Of a DNA stretch of 64,000 nt, positions 49,790-62,159 are shown in pieces. The position numbers and the translations under genes are program-made. Position 1 is the first letter of the stretch; every line of letters begins with the position of its first letter. Location of the stretch: the NCBI GenBank assembly GCA_976551045.1, contig CDPCPM010000005.1, positions 3,720,001 to 3,784,000 of the forward strand. Direction: 5' to 3'. This DNA comes from Glaucostegus cemiculus (taxonomy: Eukaryota). The notes beneath the pieces were generated by a model. That model was not told the origin of the DNA, did no database searches, and saw only the letters and a program-made list of their open reading frames with translations.

Positions 49790-52465
49790 CGAAGTCTCTG
49801 GGGCCATTGTAACTTAAATAATAGAGATTCCAAGGAAAGTTCAGAGTTACTGAGTGTGGAATGTAAGGCCTGGAAAATTAAATGGAGCACAAGTCCTATA
49901 GGAATCCTCCAAGATCATTTTCCTAGCCAGGGTCCGCTTTGTGGAGCGGGGTGAGACATACTCATGCTTCTTCTTCCAAAAAGTTCACGGGGGAGTTCTG
50001 TGATCCACAGCCTTAATAGGGATGGCGGCTCAGCGCTATCCTCACAGACCTACCGAGGATCTGCAGATCCTTCTATGACAGAAAGGCTACAGACAACACA
50101 GCCTCCCAGAATTTCCTGTCCTCTATCACAGAGGTGTCAGACAATAGCAAGTGGGAGAGTCTGGATATGCCACTGACCCCGGAGGAGCTGACTGGCTCCA
50201 CCCATTCCCTTGGCACGAATAAAACTCCCAGAAGCAAAAGCTTACTGGCAGAGTTGTACTTGGCTCTGTGGGCCTGGATCTGTTGGAAGTGTGTAACACA
50301 GTGCTTCTGGAGCATGTCAGCGTCTAGGAGGAAGAGCATCATTACCGCCATCAACAAACAGAAGGGGGAGACGGAGGACATCAGAAATTGAGACCCATTT
50401 CACTGTTGAATGTGGACTATAAGATCCTGTCCAAGGCCATTGCCAACCAGGTCAAATCTGCTCTGGGACAGGTGATCCACCCAGACCAAACCTGTGCTGT
50501 ACCTGGCAGGAAAATCTCTGACAATCTTGCGCTGCTCAGGGATAGCATCACCTACGTGCAGGACAGAGGGGTGGTGCCTGTGTGGTCAGCCTGGACCAGG
50601 AGAAGGCCTTTGACAGGATGTCACACACACATACATGATGGACATACTTTCCAAAATGGATTTTGGGGAGGGAATCAGAAATTGGATCCAACTGATCTAC
50701 ACAGATATTCGTAGTGCAGTCTAACCGTAGAGTCAACCGCAGGAAAAGCAACGCCATGCTCTTTGCCCCACCGATCCAACATCCCCTTCACTGTCAGGGC
50801 TGACTACCTGAGGGTGCTGGGATCTGGTTCAGAGGGACTGAGGCATGTAATATGTAACAGAAATTGGCTGGAGTGGATTAGGAAGGCCAAATGAAGTTGT
50901 AACTGGGAAGAACTTGGTCATCAGGTGCGACGTGCTCTCAGGCCTGCTGTACTTGGCACAGGTGTGACCTGTTCCCCGCTCCTCTGCCTTGGTAATCGCC
51001 CGGATGTCCTCCAGTTTATCCGGGGGTCCAAGATGGAGAGAGTCCAAAGGGTCACGATGCACAAGTCCCCAGAGAATGGGAGCAAAAGCGTACCCAACGT
51101 TGCCCTCATCCTGATGACCACCTTCGTGTGTGGCTGTAACAGGCAGTGTGTGGACACCGAGTGTCACTACGTGCTGAGGTTCTACCTGTCCCCGGTGTTG
51201 CGGAAGATAGGACTGGCCCCTCTACCACGCAATTCCCCAAACAGCTGGACATTGCCGCACTACCTGAACTTTGTGGTACAGCTCTTCCAAGCAAACACCT
51301 TTGACTACAAGTCTGTCCGACAGTGGTCAGTGCGGAACATCCTGCAGACACTGTGGGACAGGGACACGATGGATTCTGTGGGTTTTTTCCCCTGAGTGAA
51401 TGGTCCAAACCACCTTGCAGAATGCCTGATCGCCAGATCTGACCAACAAGCACCAAGACCTCGCTTGGCTGGCAGTGAAAGGAGCCCTCACAGTCAGATC
51501 CTTCCTGTGCAGACATCCTATCATCCCCAACACGTGCTGCCCTCAGGACAGCAGCAGTGGGGAGCAGACGGTCACCCACCAGAAGTCACAGCAGGCACAG
51601 CAGTGTAGCGGTTAGCGTAACACTTTATAGCGCCATCTACCCGGCTTCAAATCTGGCCACTGTCTGTAGGGAGCTTGTATGTTCTCCCCGTGTCTGCGTG
51701 GGTTTCCCCCGGGTGCTCCGGATTCCTCCCACATTCCAAAGACGTACAGGTTAGGAAGTTGGGGGCATGCTATGTTGGTGCCGGAAGTGTGGCGACACTT
51801 GCAGGCTGCCCACAGAACACTATGCAAAAAGATGTATTGCACTGTGTGTTTCGATGTACATGTGACTAATTAAGATATCTTTGCAGACTGTGGATTTGCA
51901 TAGAGGGTGTAGAGTCAGATGCAAGGGTCAGTGTCTCAGGTCATCCTGAGCAGCTGTGTAACAGAGGACTCCCTGATCTACGAGCTGTTCCCAGGGACCC
52001 ATACTGAGACAGACATCAAGTGCTGCTGGAAGGTCATCAACTCGGTGAAGGACGCCCTTTGTTCAGCCCAGAACTTGTTGGCCTTTCAGCACAGTGAGAT
52101 GTCCGTAAGGGAATGCTGCCGACTGGCACATTCCAGGCTGCAGGAGAACTTGCTGAGGGAAGCACTGAAGCTCACTGCAGCCAGTGCCAGGTCTGTGGGG
52201 AAGAACCACAGTATAGATTCCTTCCACTACTGCACGTGGAGGAGTAGAGTTGGGTAGGGAAGCCCCTTGAACAATGAAAGGGGTGAATCAGCCCGGGGGG
52301 GGGGGGGCCACATGAGTGGCATAGTGCTGTTTGTTTTCCCTTAAAAACAAGTTTACACTACTGAATGTAATGACCACCAATGCAGAAGTTTTTTTGCACT
52401 GTTTCTTCCTTTGTATATATTTTTTTATTATGAATAAAGTTTATTTTTGAAATTTAAAAAAAAGG
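49790..52465 (+). mobile_element. L1/Tx1-clade LINE, decayed ORF2 plus 3' UTR and poly(A)
   Basis: RPISLLNVDYKILSKAIANQVK..IHPDQTCAVPGRKISDNLALLRD, LDQEKAFD, QFIRGSKMERVQR; ends tgaataaagtttatttttgaaatttaaaaaaaa. Confidence 0.88.
51592..51882 (+). mobile_element. tRNA-derived V-SINE (tail type A) inserted in the Tx1 element
   Basis: ggcacagcagtgtagcggttagcgtaac (A box), gcttcaaatc (B-box-like), V-domain, tail actgtgtgtttcgatgtacatgtgactaattaa. Confidence 0.88.
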
Positions 52466-52544
52466 TGAAGCCGCTTTGATTAAAGTCACTGTAACTTTGG
52501 TGATGCTTGTTTGCCCCACAGCAGTTTAACAAGAGATTATCAAT

Positions 52545-55500
52545 AAGAGACTATAAAACAAAGGAGCAGAATTAGGCTATTCAGCTCATCAAGTCTGCTC
52601 TGCCATTCGATCATGGCTGATTTATTTTTCCCTCTCAACCCCATTCTCCTGCCTTCTCCCTGTAACCTTTGACGCCCTTACTAATCAAGAACCTATCAAC
52701 CTCCGCTTTAATTGCACCCAATGACTTGGCCTCCACAGCCAGCTGTGGCAATGTATTCCACAGATTCACCACCCTCTAGCTGAAGAAATTCCTCCTTAAC
52801 TCTGTTCTAAAGGGACATCCTTCTATTCTGAGGTTGTGCCCTCTGGTCCTAGACTCTCCCACTACTGGAAACATCCTCTCCACCTCCACTCTATCCAGGC
52901 CTTTCAATATTCGGTAGGTTTCAATGAGATCCCACCTCATCCTGCTAAACTCCAGCAAGTACAGGCCCAGAGCCATCAAATGCTCCTAATATGTTAACCC
53001 TTTCTTTCCTGAGATCATTCTCACAAACCTCCTCTGGACCCTCTCCAATGCCAGCATATCCTTCCTTAGATATGGCGCCCAAAACTGCTCACATTACTCC
53101 AAATGTGGTCTGACCAACACCTTATAAAGCCTCAGCATTACATCCTTGCTTTTTTATTCTATTCCTCTCGAAATGAATGCTAACATTGCATGTGCCTTCC
53201 TTACTACTGACTCAACCTGCAAGTTAACCTTTAGGGAATCCTGCACTAAGACTCCCAAGTCCCTTTGCACCTCCGATTTCTGAATTCACTCCCCATTTAG
53301 AAAATAGTCTATGCCTTTATTCCTTCTACCAAAGTGCATGACCATACACTTCCCTACGCTGTATTCCATCTGCCACTTCTTTGCCTATTCTCCCAACCCA
53401 TTCAAGTCCTTCTGCAGACTCCCTGCTTCCTCAACACTACCTGCCCCGTCACCTATGTTTGTATCATCTGCAAACTTGGCCACAAACCCCTCAAATCCAT
53501 CATCTAGTCATTAACATACAAATGAAAAGTAGTGGACCCAACACCAACCCATGCAGAACACCACTAGTCACTGGCAGCCAACCAGAAAAGGCCCTCTTTA
53601 TTCCTACTCTCTGCCTTCTGCCAGTCAGCTAATCCTCTATCCATGCTAGTACCTTTCCTGTAATATCATGGGCTCCCATCTTGTTTAGCAGTGTCATGTG
53701 CAGCACCTTGTCAAAGGCCTTCTGAAAATCCAAGTAACCAACATCCACTGACTCTTCTTTGTCCATCCTGCCCGTTACTTCCTCAAAGAATTCGAGCAGA
53801 TTTGTCAGGCAAGATCTCCCCTTACAGAAGCCATGCTGACAGGCTTATTTTATCATGAGCTTCCAAGTACCCTGAAACCTTATCCTTAATAATAGACTTT
53901 AACCCCTCACCAACCACTGAAGTCAAGCTCACGGGCCTATAATTTCCTGTCTTTTGCCTCTGTTCTTAATTTGCGATTTTCCAGTCCTCTGGATTCCTGA
54001 CTGTAGTGATTTTTGAAAGATCACTAATAATGCCTCGATAATCTCTTCAGCTACCTCTTTCAGAACCCTGGGGCATAGTCCATCCCATCCAGGTGACTTA
54101 TCTGTCTTCGGTTTCCCAAGCACCTTCTCCTTAGTAATAGTGACTCTCTCAAATTTCTGGCATGTTGCTGATGTCTTCCGCAGTGAAGACTGACACAAAA
54201 TACTTATTCAGTTGGTCCACCACTTCTTTGTTCCCCATTACTATCTCTCCAGTGTCATTTTTCAGCAGTCCAATGTCCACTTTTGACTGTGTGTTTCGAT
54301 GTACGTGTGTCTCTTTATATATCTGAAAAACTTTTGGTATCCTCATTTATATTATTAGCTAGCTTACCTTCATATTTCATCTTTTTTTTCTCTTATTGCT
54401 TTTTTAGTTGCCTTCTGTTGGTTTTTAAAAGCTTCCCAATCTTTCAACTTCCCAATAATTTTTGCAATATTGTATACCCTCTCTTTTGCTTTTATACTGC
54501 CTTTGACTTCCCTTGTCAGCCATGGTTGCTTCATCCTCCCTTTAGAATGCTGCTTCTTCTTTGTGATGAACTGATCCTGCAGCTTCCCAATTACTCCCAG
54601 AAACTCCTGCCATTGCTGATCTACCTTCATCCCTGCTTGGGTCCTCTTCCAATCAGCTTGGGCCAGCTCCTCTCTCGTGCCTCTGTAGTTACCTTAACCC
54701 AATTGTAATACCGACACATCTGATTTCAGTTTCTCCCTCTCAAACTGCAGGGTGAATTCTATCATATTACGATCACTGCTACCTGAGGGTTCCTTTACCT
54801 TAAGTTCCCTGATCAAATCTGATTCATTGCACAACACCAAATCCAGAATTGCCTTTTCCCTAGCAGGCTCGATCACAAGCTGCTATAAAAAGCCATCTCA
54901 TAGGCATTCTTTAACTCCCTTCTCTTGGGATCCAGTACCAACCTGATTTTACCATTCTACCTTGATATTGAAATCCCCCATGACCACCATAACATTGCCC
55001 TTCTTACATGCCTTTCCCATCTCCTGTTTTAATTTGTACCCCAAATCCTGGCTACTATTCGATGGAAGTATATAACTTCCATCAGGGTCTTTTTACCCTT
55101 ACAGTGCCTTAACTCTACCCACAAGGATTCTACATCTTTGATCCTATGTCACTTCTTGCCAATGATTTGATGTCATGTTTTACCAACAGGGCCACCCGAC
55201 CCCCTCTGCCCACCTGCCAGTCTTTTCAATAGTATGTGTATCCCTGGATGATTAGTTTCCAGCTGTGATCTTCTTTCAACCACGACTCTGTAATGTCCAC
55301 AACATCATATCTGCCAATTTCTAACAGTGCTATGAGCTCAGCTACCTTATTTCGTATGCTGCGTACACTCAAATAGAACACCTTCAGTCCTGTTATTCAC
55401 CACCCTTCTCAAATTTGTCTTCATGTTACCTGAAGTTAAATTCTTATCCTTTTCTAAACTTTGTCTTATTCTTTATTCTGGAGACTTCAGTAACCTCTCC

Positions 55501-55635
55501 TGCACTCTCCTTATCTTTTACTTTATCTATACTTCCAATCTATTGAACCCACTCCCTCTACTATTTAGTTTAAAGCCCTATCTACAGCCCTAGTTATGCC
55601 ATTCGCCAGGACCCTGGTCCCAGTATGTTTCAGGC
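52545..55635 (-). mobile_element. Long CR1 LINE remnant (most of ORF2 plus 3' UTR), with deletions and stops
   Basis: EPAREKAILDLVLCNE..LKVKEPSGSSDRNMIEF, KTDKSPGWDGLCPRVLKEVAEEI, DLIETYRILKGLDRV. Confidence 0.92.
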
Positions 55636-55639
55636 ATGG

Positions 55640-56200
55640 TCAGTAAGCATACATACATGATGTCATAAATTTAACACATTCTATGTACAAAACATCACTG
55701 CCACTCATGTGGCCTCTGAACAATACACCAAATATGAACGGGACAGTTACACTGGATCCTGCCCCTCAATGCCCAGTGGTGGCAGGACCTTAGATTGCAG
55801 TACTTTCCCCACAGTGCATTACCCTCCACACAAAGGAATATCTTGCATCAAAATACCCACAAATATATTTCACGCAGACTTTGATGAAATTTTGCTCACG
55901 AAAATGTTTTGGGGCAATACGATCCTTTGTAAATTGAGGAATGGCTCCACAAAGGGAAAGAACTGCAATCTAAGGTCCTGCCACCACTGGGCACCAAGGG
56001 GCTGGGTGCAGTGCCACGAGTGGTATTGGTGCTTTGTACACAGAATGTATTAACTTGATGACACTCTGAATGTATGAACTTGACGACACTATGAATGTAT
56101 AGACTGGAAGCGCTATGCATGTAAAGAAAGCCATGGATTGTTTTGTATTTCTTACACACATATTATCATGAATAAAGATTATTTTTTGGAAATAAAAAAT
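55640..56200. mobile_element. Two Tx1-type 3' end fragments in inverted orientation (55640-55812 minus, 55950-56200 plus)
   Basis: gcccagtggtggcaggaccttagattgcagt and actgcaatctaaggtcctgccaccactgggc are reverse complements; plus copy ends atgaataaagattattttttggaaataaaaaa, like 52430-52463. Confidence 0.65.
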
Positions 56201-56634
56201 GTACACACAAATCAACTAAATCAACAGTGCTTGCAAAGTACAGCCATTCCTCAATTTACAGTGCTGCATTTCTGCAAAACATTTTGTTAAGTGAAATTTC
56301 ATAAATTGAGTGAAATGCATTGAGAGTATTTTGGTTCAACATATCTTTACAAAAACAGATTTGTAAATCAAAGACAAGTCCCCTAAAGAGTCAAAGGTAT
56401 TGTAGTGAAAAAAAATTGGTACATCAAGGAATATCTGCATAACAGATACTACTTGAGCAACCACTTATGAGAAGTGATTAAAAAAACTGCAGTGGGTATG
56501 CAATCAAATAGTTAAGAGAGTGTAATGGAGTGTGAATAAAAGCAATTATGTACTTATGGATGCAGTGGAAAGAAATTTAAAAGTCATGACTTATAATTAT
56601 GGTCTTTCATGCAGGCTGAAGAATGAGGACAAGA

Positions 56635-57282
56635 TAGAATCAGAATCAGTTTTATTGTCACAACCATATACATACATAGTATGCATAGGAGCGAGATACC
56701 GTCCTCCTCAGGTGCTCGTCCCATTAAATAACAAACAGCAGAGACACACAGACACACTGAACAAAAAAAAAATTAAAAACTACGGAAGTTTAAATTAAAT
56801 TAAATACAGCAGGTTAAATTAAATACGGCAGGTAATTGAATAAATAGTTATTAAAGTGAATGAGCTGGTGGCGGGCATTTAAAGTGCTGGTGCATTCTTG
56901 TGCACCTAGCATCCCTTAGTGTTAACAAGGAAGATGGAGGAATGAGAGAGCTCACAGTTCTGATGGCTTGCGGAAAGAAGCTATTGCTCAGCCTGGTCGT
57001 TCTCGCCCTGATACATTTGAGCCTCCTTCCAGATGGCAACATTGTAAAGAGATGATGGGAGGGGTGAGAAGGATCCACCATTATATTTTTGGTCTTCCTA
57101 AAACAACGGTCCTTGTATATGTCTGCGATGGATGGAAGAGAGACACCTATGATCCTCTCCGCAGCCCTAACTATCCTCTGGAGGGACTTCCGCCCAGCAG
57201 CTGAGCAGCTTCCAAACCAAACAGTGATACATTGGGTTAAGATGCTCTCGATGGTCCCTCTATAGAAAGTTTTCATAACTGA
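56635..57282 (-). mobile_element. Young Rex1/Babar 3' fragment
   Basis: SVMKTFYRGTIESILTQCITVWFG..SFFPQAIR; (ctgatt)n tail. Confidence 0.9.
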
Positions 57283-57765
57283 ATCAGAATCAGAATCAGT
57301 TTTATTGTCACAACCACATACATACAAAGTATGCAGAGGAGCGATATACCGTCCTCCTCATGGTCTCGTCCCATACAAAAAAATGACATAACAACCAACA
57401 GAGACACATACACACTTGGCAGAATACATAGTATAGATCATTACACCTTAAAAGCTAAGGGGATTGAACTTAAATTCAGGATCGATTTATCGATTTTCAC
57501 TTACACGTATACATGTGCAAAAGACATCAAAGACAACAAAGGACACCTGGACAAAAACATCAAAACATTAACAGCCCCCCTGCCTCACCCCGCACCGACG
57601 ACCACCTCCAACCCCCCCAGTCCTACAACCTCAGGGCCCACAGACCATCAACAACTCCCGGCCAGAGTTCACTTTCCTCAGTCTCCGCAAGAAGTAGAGG
57701 CGTTTCTGGGCTTTCTTCGCAAGGGCCGTGATGTTCGTGGACCAGGTCAGATAGACCTTATTGCT
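57283..57765 (-). mobile_element. Internally deleted Rex1/Babar element of a related subfamily
   Basis: LTWSTNITALAKKAQKRLYFLRRLRKVN fused directly to a 3' UTR ending gtgacaataaaactgattctgattctgatt. Confidence 0.8.
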
Positions 57766-57783
57766 GGGATATATTGAAGAGAG

Positions 57784-57846
57784 AGATATTATGTCATAAT
57801 ATCCTGCCTTCACCATATGTAGGGAGGATATTATGACATAATGTCT
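57784..57846. repeat. Short inverted repeat (arms of about 26 bp, 2 mismatches)
   Basis: agatattatgtcataatatcctgcct and agggaggatattatgacataatgtct. Confidence 0.85.
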
Positions 57847-59667
57847 TCATGTTAGGAATGGATTGACTTTATTAAAGATACAATACACTCTGGCAACTTT
57901 GGCCAAGTCTTGCTAAAGCAACTTGGAACACTCAACAAAATTTGACTTCCCACTGAGTCCTCTGGTTATGATTAAAAATTAATTCCAATCTCAATGTCAC
58001 TCAATGTAGGCATTTATGTCCTACCGTTGATTTGATAAACAACGATCAGAAATTACAGTATTTTCCTTAGATTACCATAATAGTTCACATTAGAGGAAAG
58101 GTAATATGAGCATATCCTACGTCAAAAGGAAAAGTCACTGTAGAAATGTGGCACAGCTCCACAGCATTTCTTCTGCTCTAGAAGCTACATGTAAGGCGTT
58201 AAACAAATGTCAGCCAAATGGAGAACATGAAACCACGAGAGTTTTGAGCCCATCACATATCATTGCTGTTTTACAATTAATGTGGAGAATGGGAAATCTT
58301 CAATGGTAAGTTAGGCAGAATAGCCACATTTATTGATAAGCTTCTGGAATCACCGATAAACATAGTCTTCATTAAATATCAACTCTCTGGACCAATTAAA
58401 GCATGAACGGTATCTTCTGCATGTGACTAATGAATAGGCACTTGCTTTTTCCTAATCACTGTGTCTGCAACTACACAGCCAGAAACTAGAGGGTGTCTGA
58501 GTTTTAAAACTGGAACCAACAAAGCAGTGACTGATAACATAAAACACATTATGACTTTGATATGTTTGCAATGAAAAACAGAAACGAAAAATACAGAAGA
58601 GAATTTAAATTCTCACTGAGGAACTGTATACGCCTCATTCATGTAAGTAAACCAGCTCTGTGTCTGAGTCAGCAAAAAAAGAGCTATTTCATTTCAGCAC
58701 CTATAACAGAAAGGTTAATTGTATTATATTTTAGTATTTGGTTATAGTATAAAGGTTCTGTATAATAATTCCTGGGTAAAGCTATTGTTAAGTTGCATGT
58801 GGGTAGGAAAAGGTAAGCTCTTGATTACGGGGAAAGTAAGATCCATTTAAAGAAATGACCAGCGATAATGAACAGAGAGAATATCTACCACAAAACATTG
58901 AAAACAATGGCACTCTGCACTACCTGTTGCTGCGGAGACTCTGTTTACTGCTGAAAAGTTCAGTGCACTCACTGCAATCTATATCTCAGTGTCCCAGAGG
59001 TTTCTGCACTCCTCGAAGGAGCAGCCACATGGCTGATTTGATTATTCACTTCCTTTTGTGCCATTCTATTCAGGTTACAACAGCGTTCAGCTCCATCTTT
59101 CTCCTCCTGATAAAATAGGAGTGGGACATGTGTGCAGTGAGAAGATTCCAAGGGAATGCCTGGCCCACTTCCCAACCACATGGAGACTGATGTGAAGTCA
59201 ATCTAAAAAATAGTACCTAACAAATTGATAGGACCATGCCAAGCCTTTGTTACGATTTGATGATCCATTGGTTTATAGGCTTAGGCAGAAGCAAAGTGAC
59301 GGCATTCAACCTGATGATATGTGGCTTACCAGGATTCAGAACGGGCCACTATCTTGGTTACCGATGTGTACATTTAAAGACCCTCACGTTTTAACCAGTG
59401 GCTTCACCCTAAGTTGCCTCTTAGCTTATTTTCTCTCTACGATTATTAACGTTGTGACTTGAATTTCACTTCCAACCAAGTCACGATAAAACAAAGTAAG
59501 TGATCAAAGTGTGGTACGTCAGAACAACATGTTGAGTCCTGGGTTGATGACATAATTAAGCCATGGAACCAATGTTTCATTCTTTAATATATTCAGATTG
59601 TTGAGAACAGGTAATCTATATTTTAGGAATCAAAGCTCCACTTTTAACACTAATGAAGAATAAAACA

Positions 59668-60306
59668 GAGATACAAGAGACTGCATTTGCTGGAGCAACA
59701 AACAATCTGCTGGAGGAACTCAGTGGGTCGAGCAACATCTGTGGGAGGAAAGGAATGGTCGATGTTTTGAGTCAAAACTCTGCATCAGGACTGAGAGTGG
59801 AGAGGCGAGTTCATACATTCAGAGTGTCATCAAGTTAACACCTTCTGTGTACAAAGCACCAGTGCCACTCAAGTGGCCTCTTTGAACCCATTGGGTTCTC
59901 ATTCTCACTTCCTTTACTTATCAGAATCCAGCACTGGTAGGGCTTTGTGTTCCTGCATATCTCCCTCCAGCAGCTGTCACCTAACTTCACACTCCCCTCC
60001 CCCTGCCTTGCTCCATCTGTTGTTTGTCCCCCTCCCTCTTTACCTGCCTCCATTTATCATTCACCTGCCACAGTCTTCCAACCCCGTCCCCGCTCACCTC
60101 TCTTACCTGGCACTACCTGCCTCTCACCTTACACCCCTCCTCAGCCCACCAATCGTCTCGGAATCCTTTCTTGCCACGCCCCTTCTCCTCTCTGTGCTGG
60201 CCATCATGCCTCCCCACTCTCAGTCCTGACCCAAAATGTCAACAATTCCTTTCCTCCCGCAGATGCTGCTTGACCCGCTGAGTTCCTCCAGCAAATTGGT
60301 TATTGC
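59668..60306. mobile_element. Penelope-like inverted pseudo-LTR pair with a captured Tx1 UTR piece
   Basis: aatctgctggaggaactcagtgggtcgagcaacatctgtgggagg and cctcccgcagatgctgcttgacccgctgagttcctccagcaaatt; 59810-59880 matches 56010-56080 in reverse. Confidence 0.7.
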
Positions 60307-62159
60307 TTAAGAATAAAACACACTGAAATCGCTTTATCTGTGGGTTGTTCGTTTGCAGAGTTCTGGCCCCTCCAGTTAAGATATTATCCCGCCTGCCCTT
60401 TACCACAGTAACCTTGGTCAGATAGGGGAGGAGGTAACCTCGACCAGTTTGTGTCGCTACTTGATTCTACACACTGTGAAGGAGTAGTCTCGGGGGGCAC
60501 CCGTGTACAATGGCACCACCACAATTAGGAATTCCATGTGGATAGACCATAGCTGTGACCTGGAAATCAATGGCACAGAGGAGTGTGGCTCTCTCCATGA
60601 ACCACCCTAGAGCAATGGCCTTTGAAATACAGGCGAACAAAGTAGTTACAGGGCAAAAGCAAGCCATTCAACCCAGCTAGATTGTGTCATTGTTTCCACA
60701 CCACAGAAACTCACTAGCAGCAGCTGTGTGGGTTCCTTTCTCACCGGAGTCACGTGGCAAGGGACAAGCAGGTTAAATGCAAAATAGCTATGTGTTGGCC
60801 AGTTCCACATCCTAACAATTTCCTGAATAAAGAAGTTTCTTCTGAATTTCCTGTTTCATTCAATAGCAGCTTTCTTATATTTATGGCTCCCAATTCCAGC
60901 CTCACCTGGAAGTGGAAATGCCTGCTCAAGACTCGCCCTATCAAACCTTTATCAAACTCAATGAGATAAATGACCCCGCAGCTCAGGGTCTTTAGCCTGC
61001 TGTCTGTTATTACCCTGACACCGCTGATGTTTGCCAGATGGTTTCCATTTGTGGCAAATTATAAAAATTTGATTTGTGCACAGTTCCAGAGATCTGCAGA
61101 GCATCTCAAAACTTGCAACTGCAATCCTTTGTGGCAGACTAAAGCTTTAAGGCGGCAACTTGCACTTTGTAGTCAAACACATCCCACAATTAGATCAGAT
61201 GTAAGCAAAACAGAAAACACTAAACATTCTGCTCATTTCCACATCTTACTTACATGTGGCACAAATAATATTTGTTCTCCAAAACAGCCATGAAATATTC
61301 CTGTTATAAATTGATCTCTAACAGCATTGCCTAGTAAGCTACAGACTGAAAATGCTGAATGACTCAACAGGTAAAGCTATGATTCAAATAAGCCATGTTT
61401 GATTAGAACAGCCCGGGTTTAATAGATTCCAGATTCAAATCTCATTGGGCAGAATGACATGATCACTACTGGAGCAACAGAAACAATAAGATGCAGCTGA
61501 ATAGCATAGTAAACAGCCCAAGGTGTTTCAGAGGAGTAGTATCAAACAAGATTTGACTCCTTGCTACATACAACAGTCATACAGATAACCAATAGCTTAG
61601 TTAAGTTGGTAGGCTTTAAAAAAAATAGAGAGGTAGAGACATTTAGAGGGGAAATTCCAGAGCTTATTGCCTTGGCTGCAGAAGACAAGGTAGCCACTGG
61701 CAAGTACTGGTCTGTGCTACATATGAACCTCAGCAAGAATCAACCGGGGCTCATCCTCCTAAACTTGGTTAGGAGTGAAGCAGGTCTGATGTGATGCCAG
61801 GGATTGTTAAGACAGCCGAACGGATCACTGTTAACCATAATCCAACTCTCACAACTGGAATGAAGACGAGTGGAAAGACTCTGGGATATCATTTCCTGAC
61901 AAGAACCCTCTCCATTTGTTTGAGAAATTGCAGATCCAACAAAATTCAAAACACCAGAACAAAGCAGCCAATTAGATAAGCACCCAGCACACAACGCAAA
62001 ACATTCACTTCCTCAAACATTGTCGTGCCATGGCTGCAGTCTTAAACCTAATGCATCATCAAAAAAAAATGATTGGCAATTACTCACTCAGGTTACTCCA
62101 TGAGCACCTCCAAAACAAGCAACTAGCACCAAGAAGGGCAAGAGCAGCAGGCGAATGAC

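Noticed and set aside
51592-51670. tRNA gene
   Set aside because: A/B-box head continues into a V-domain and LINE-like tail; it is a SINE.
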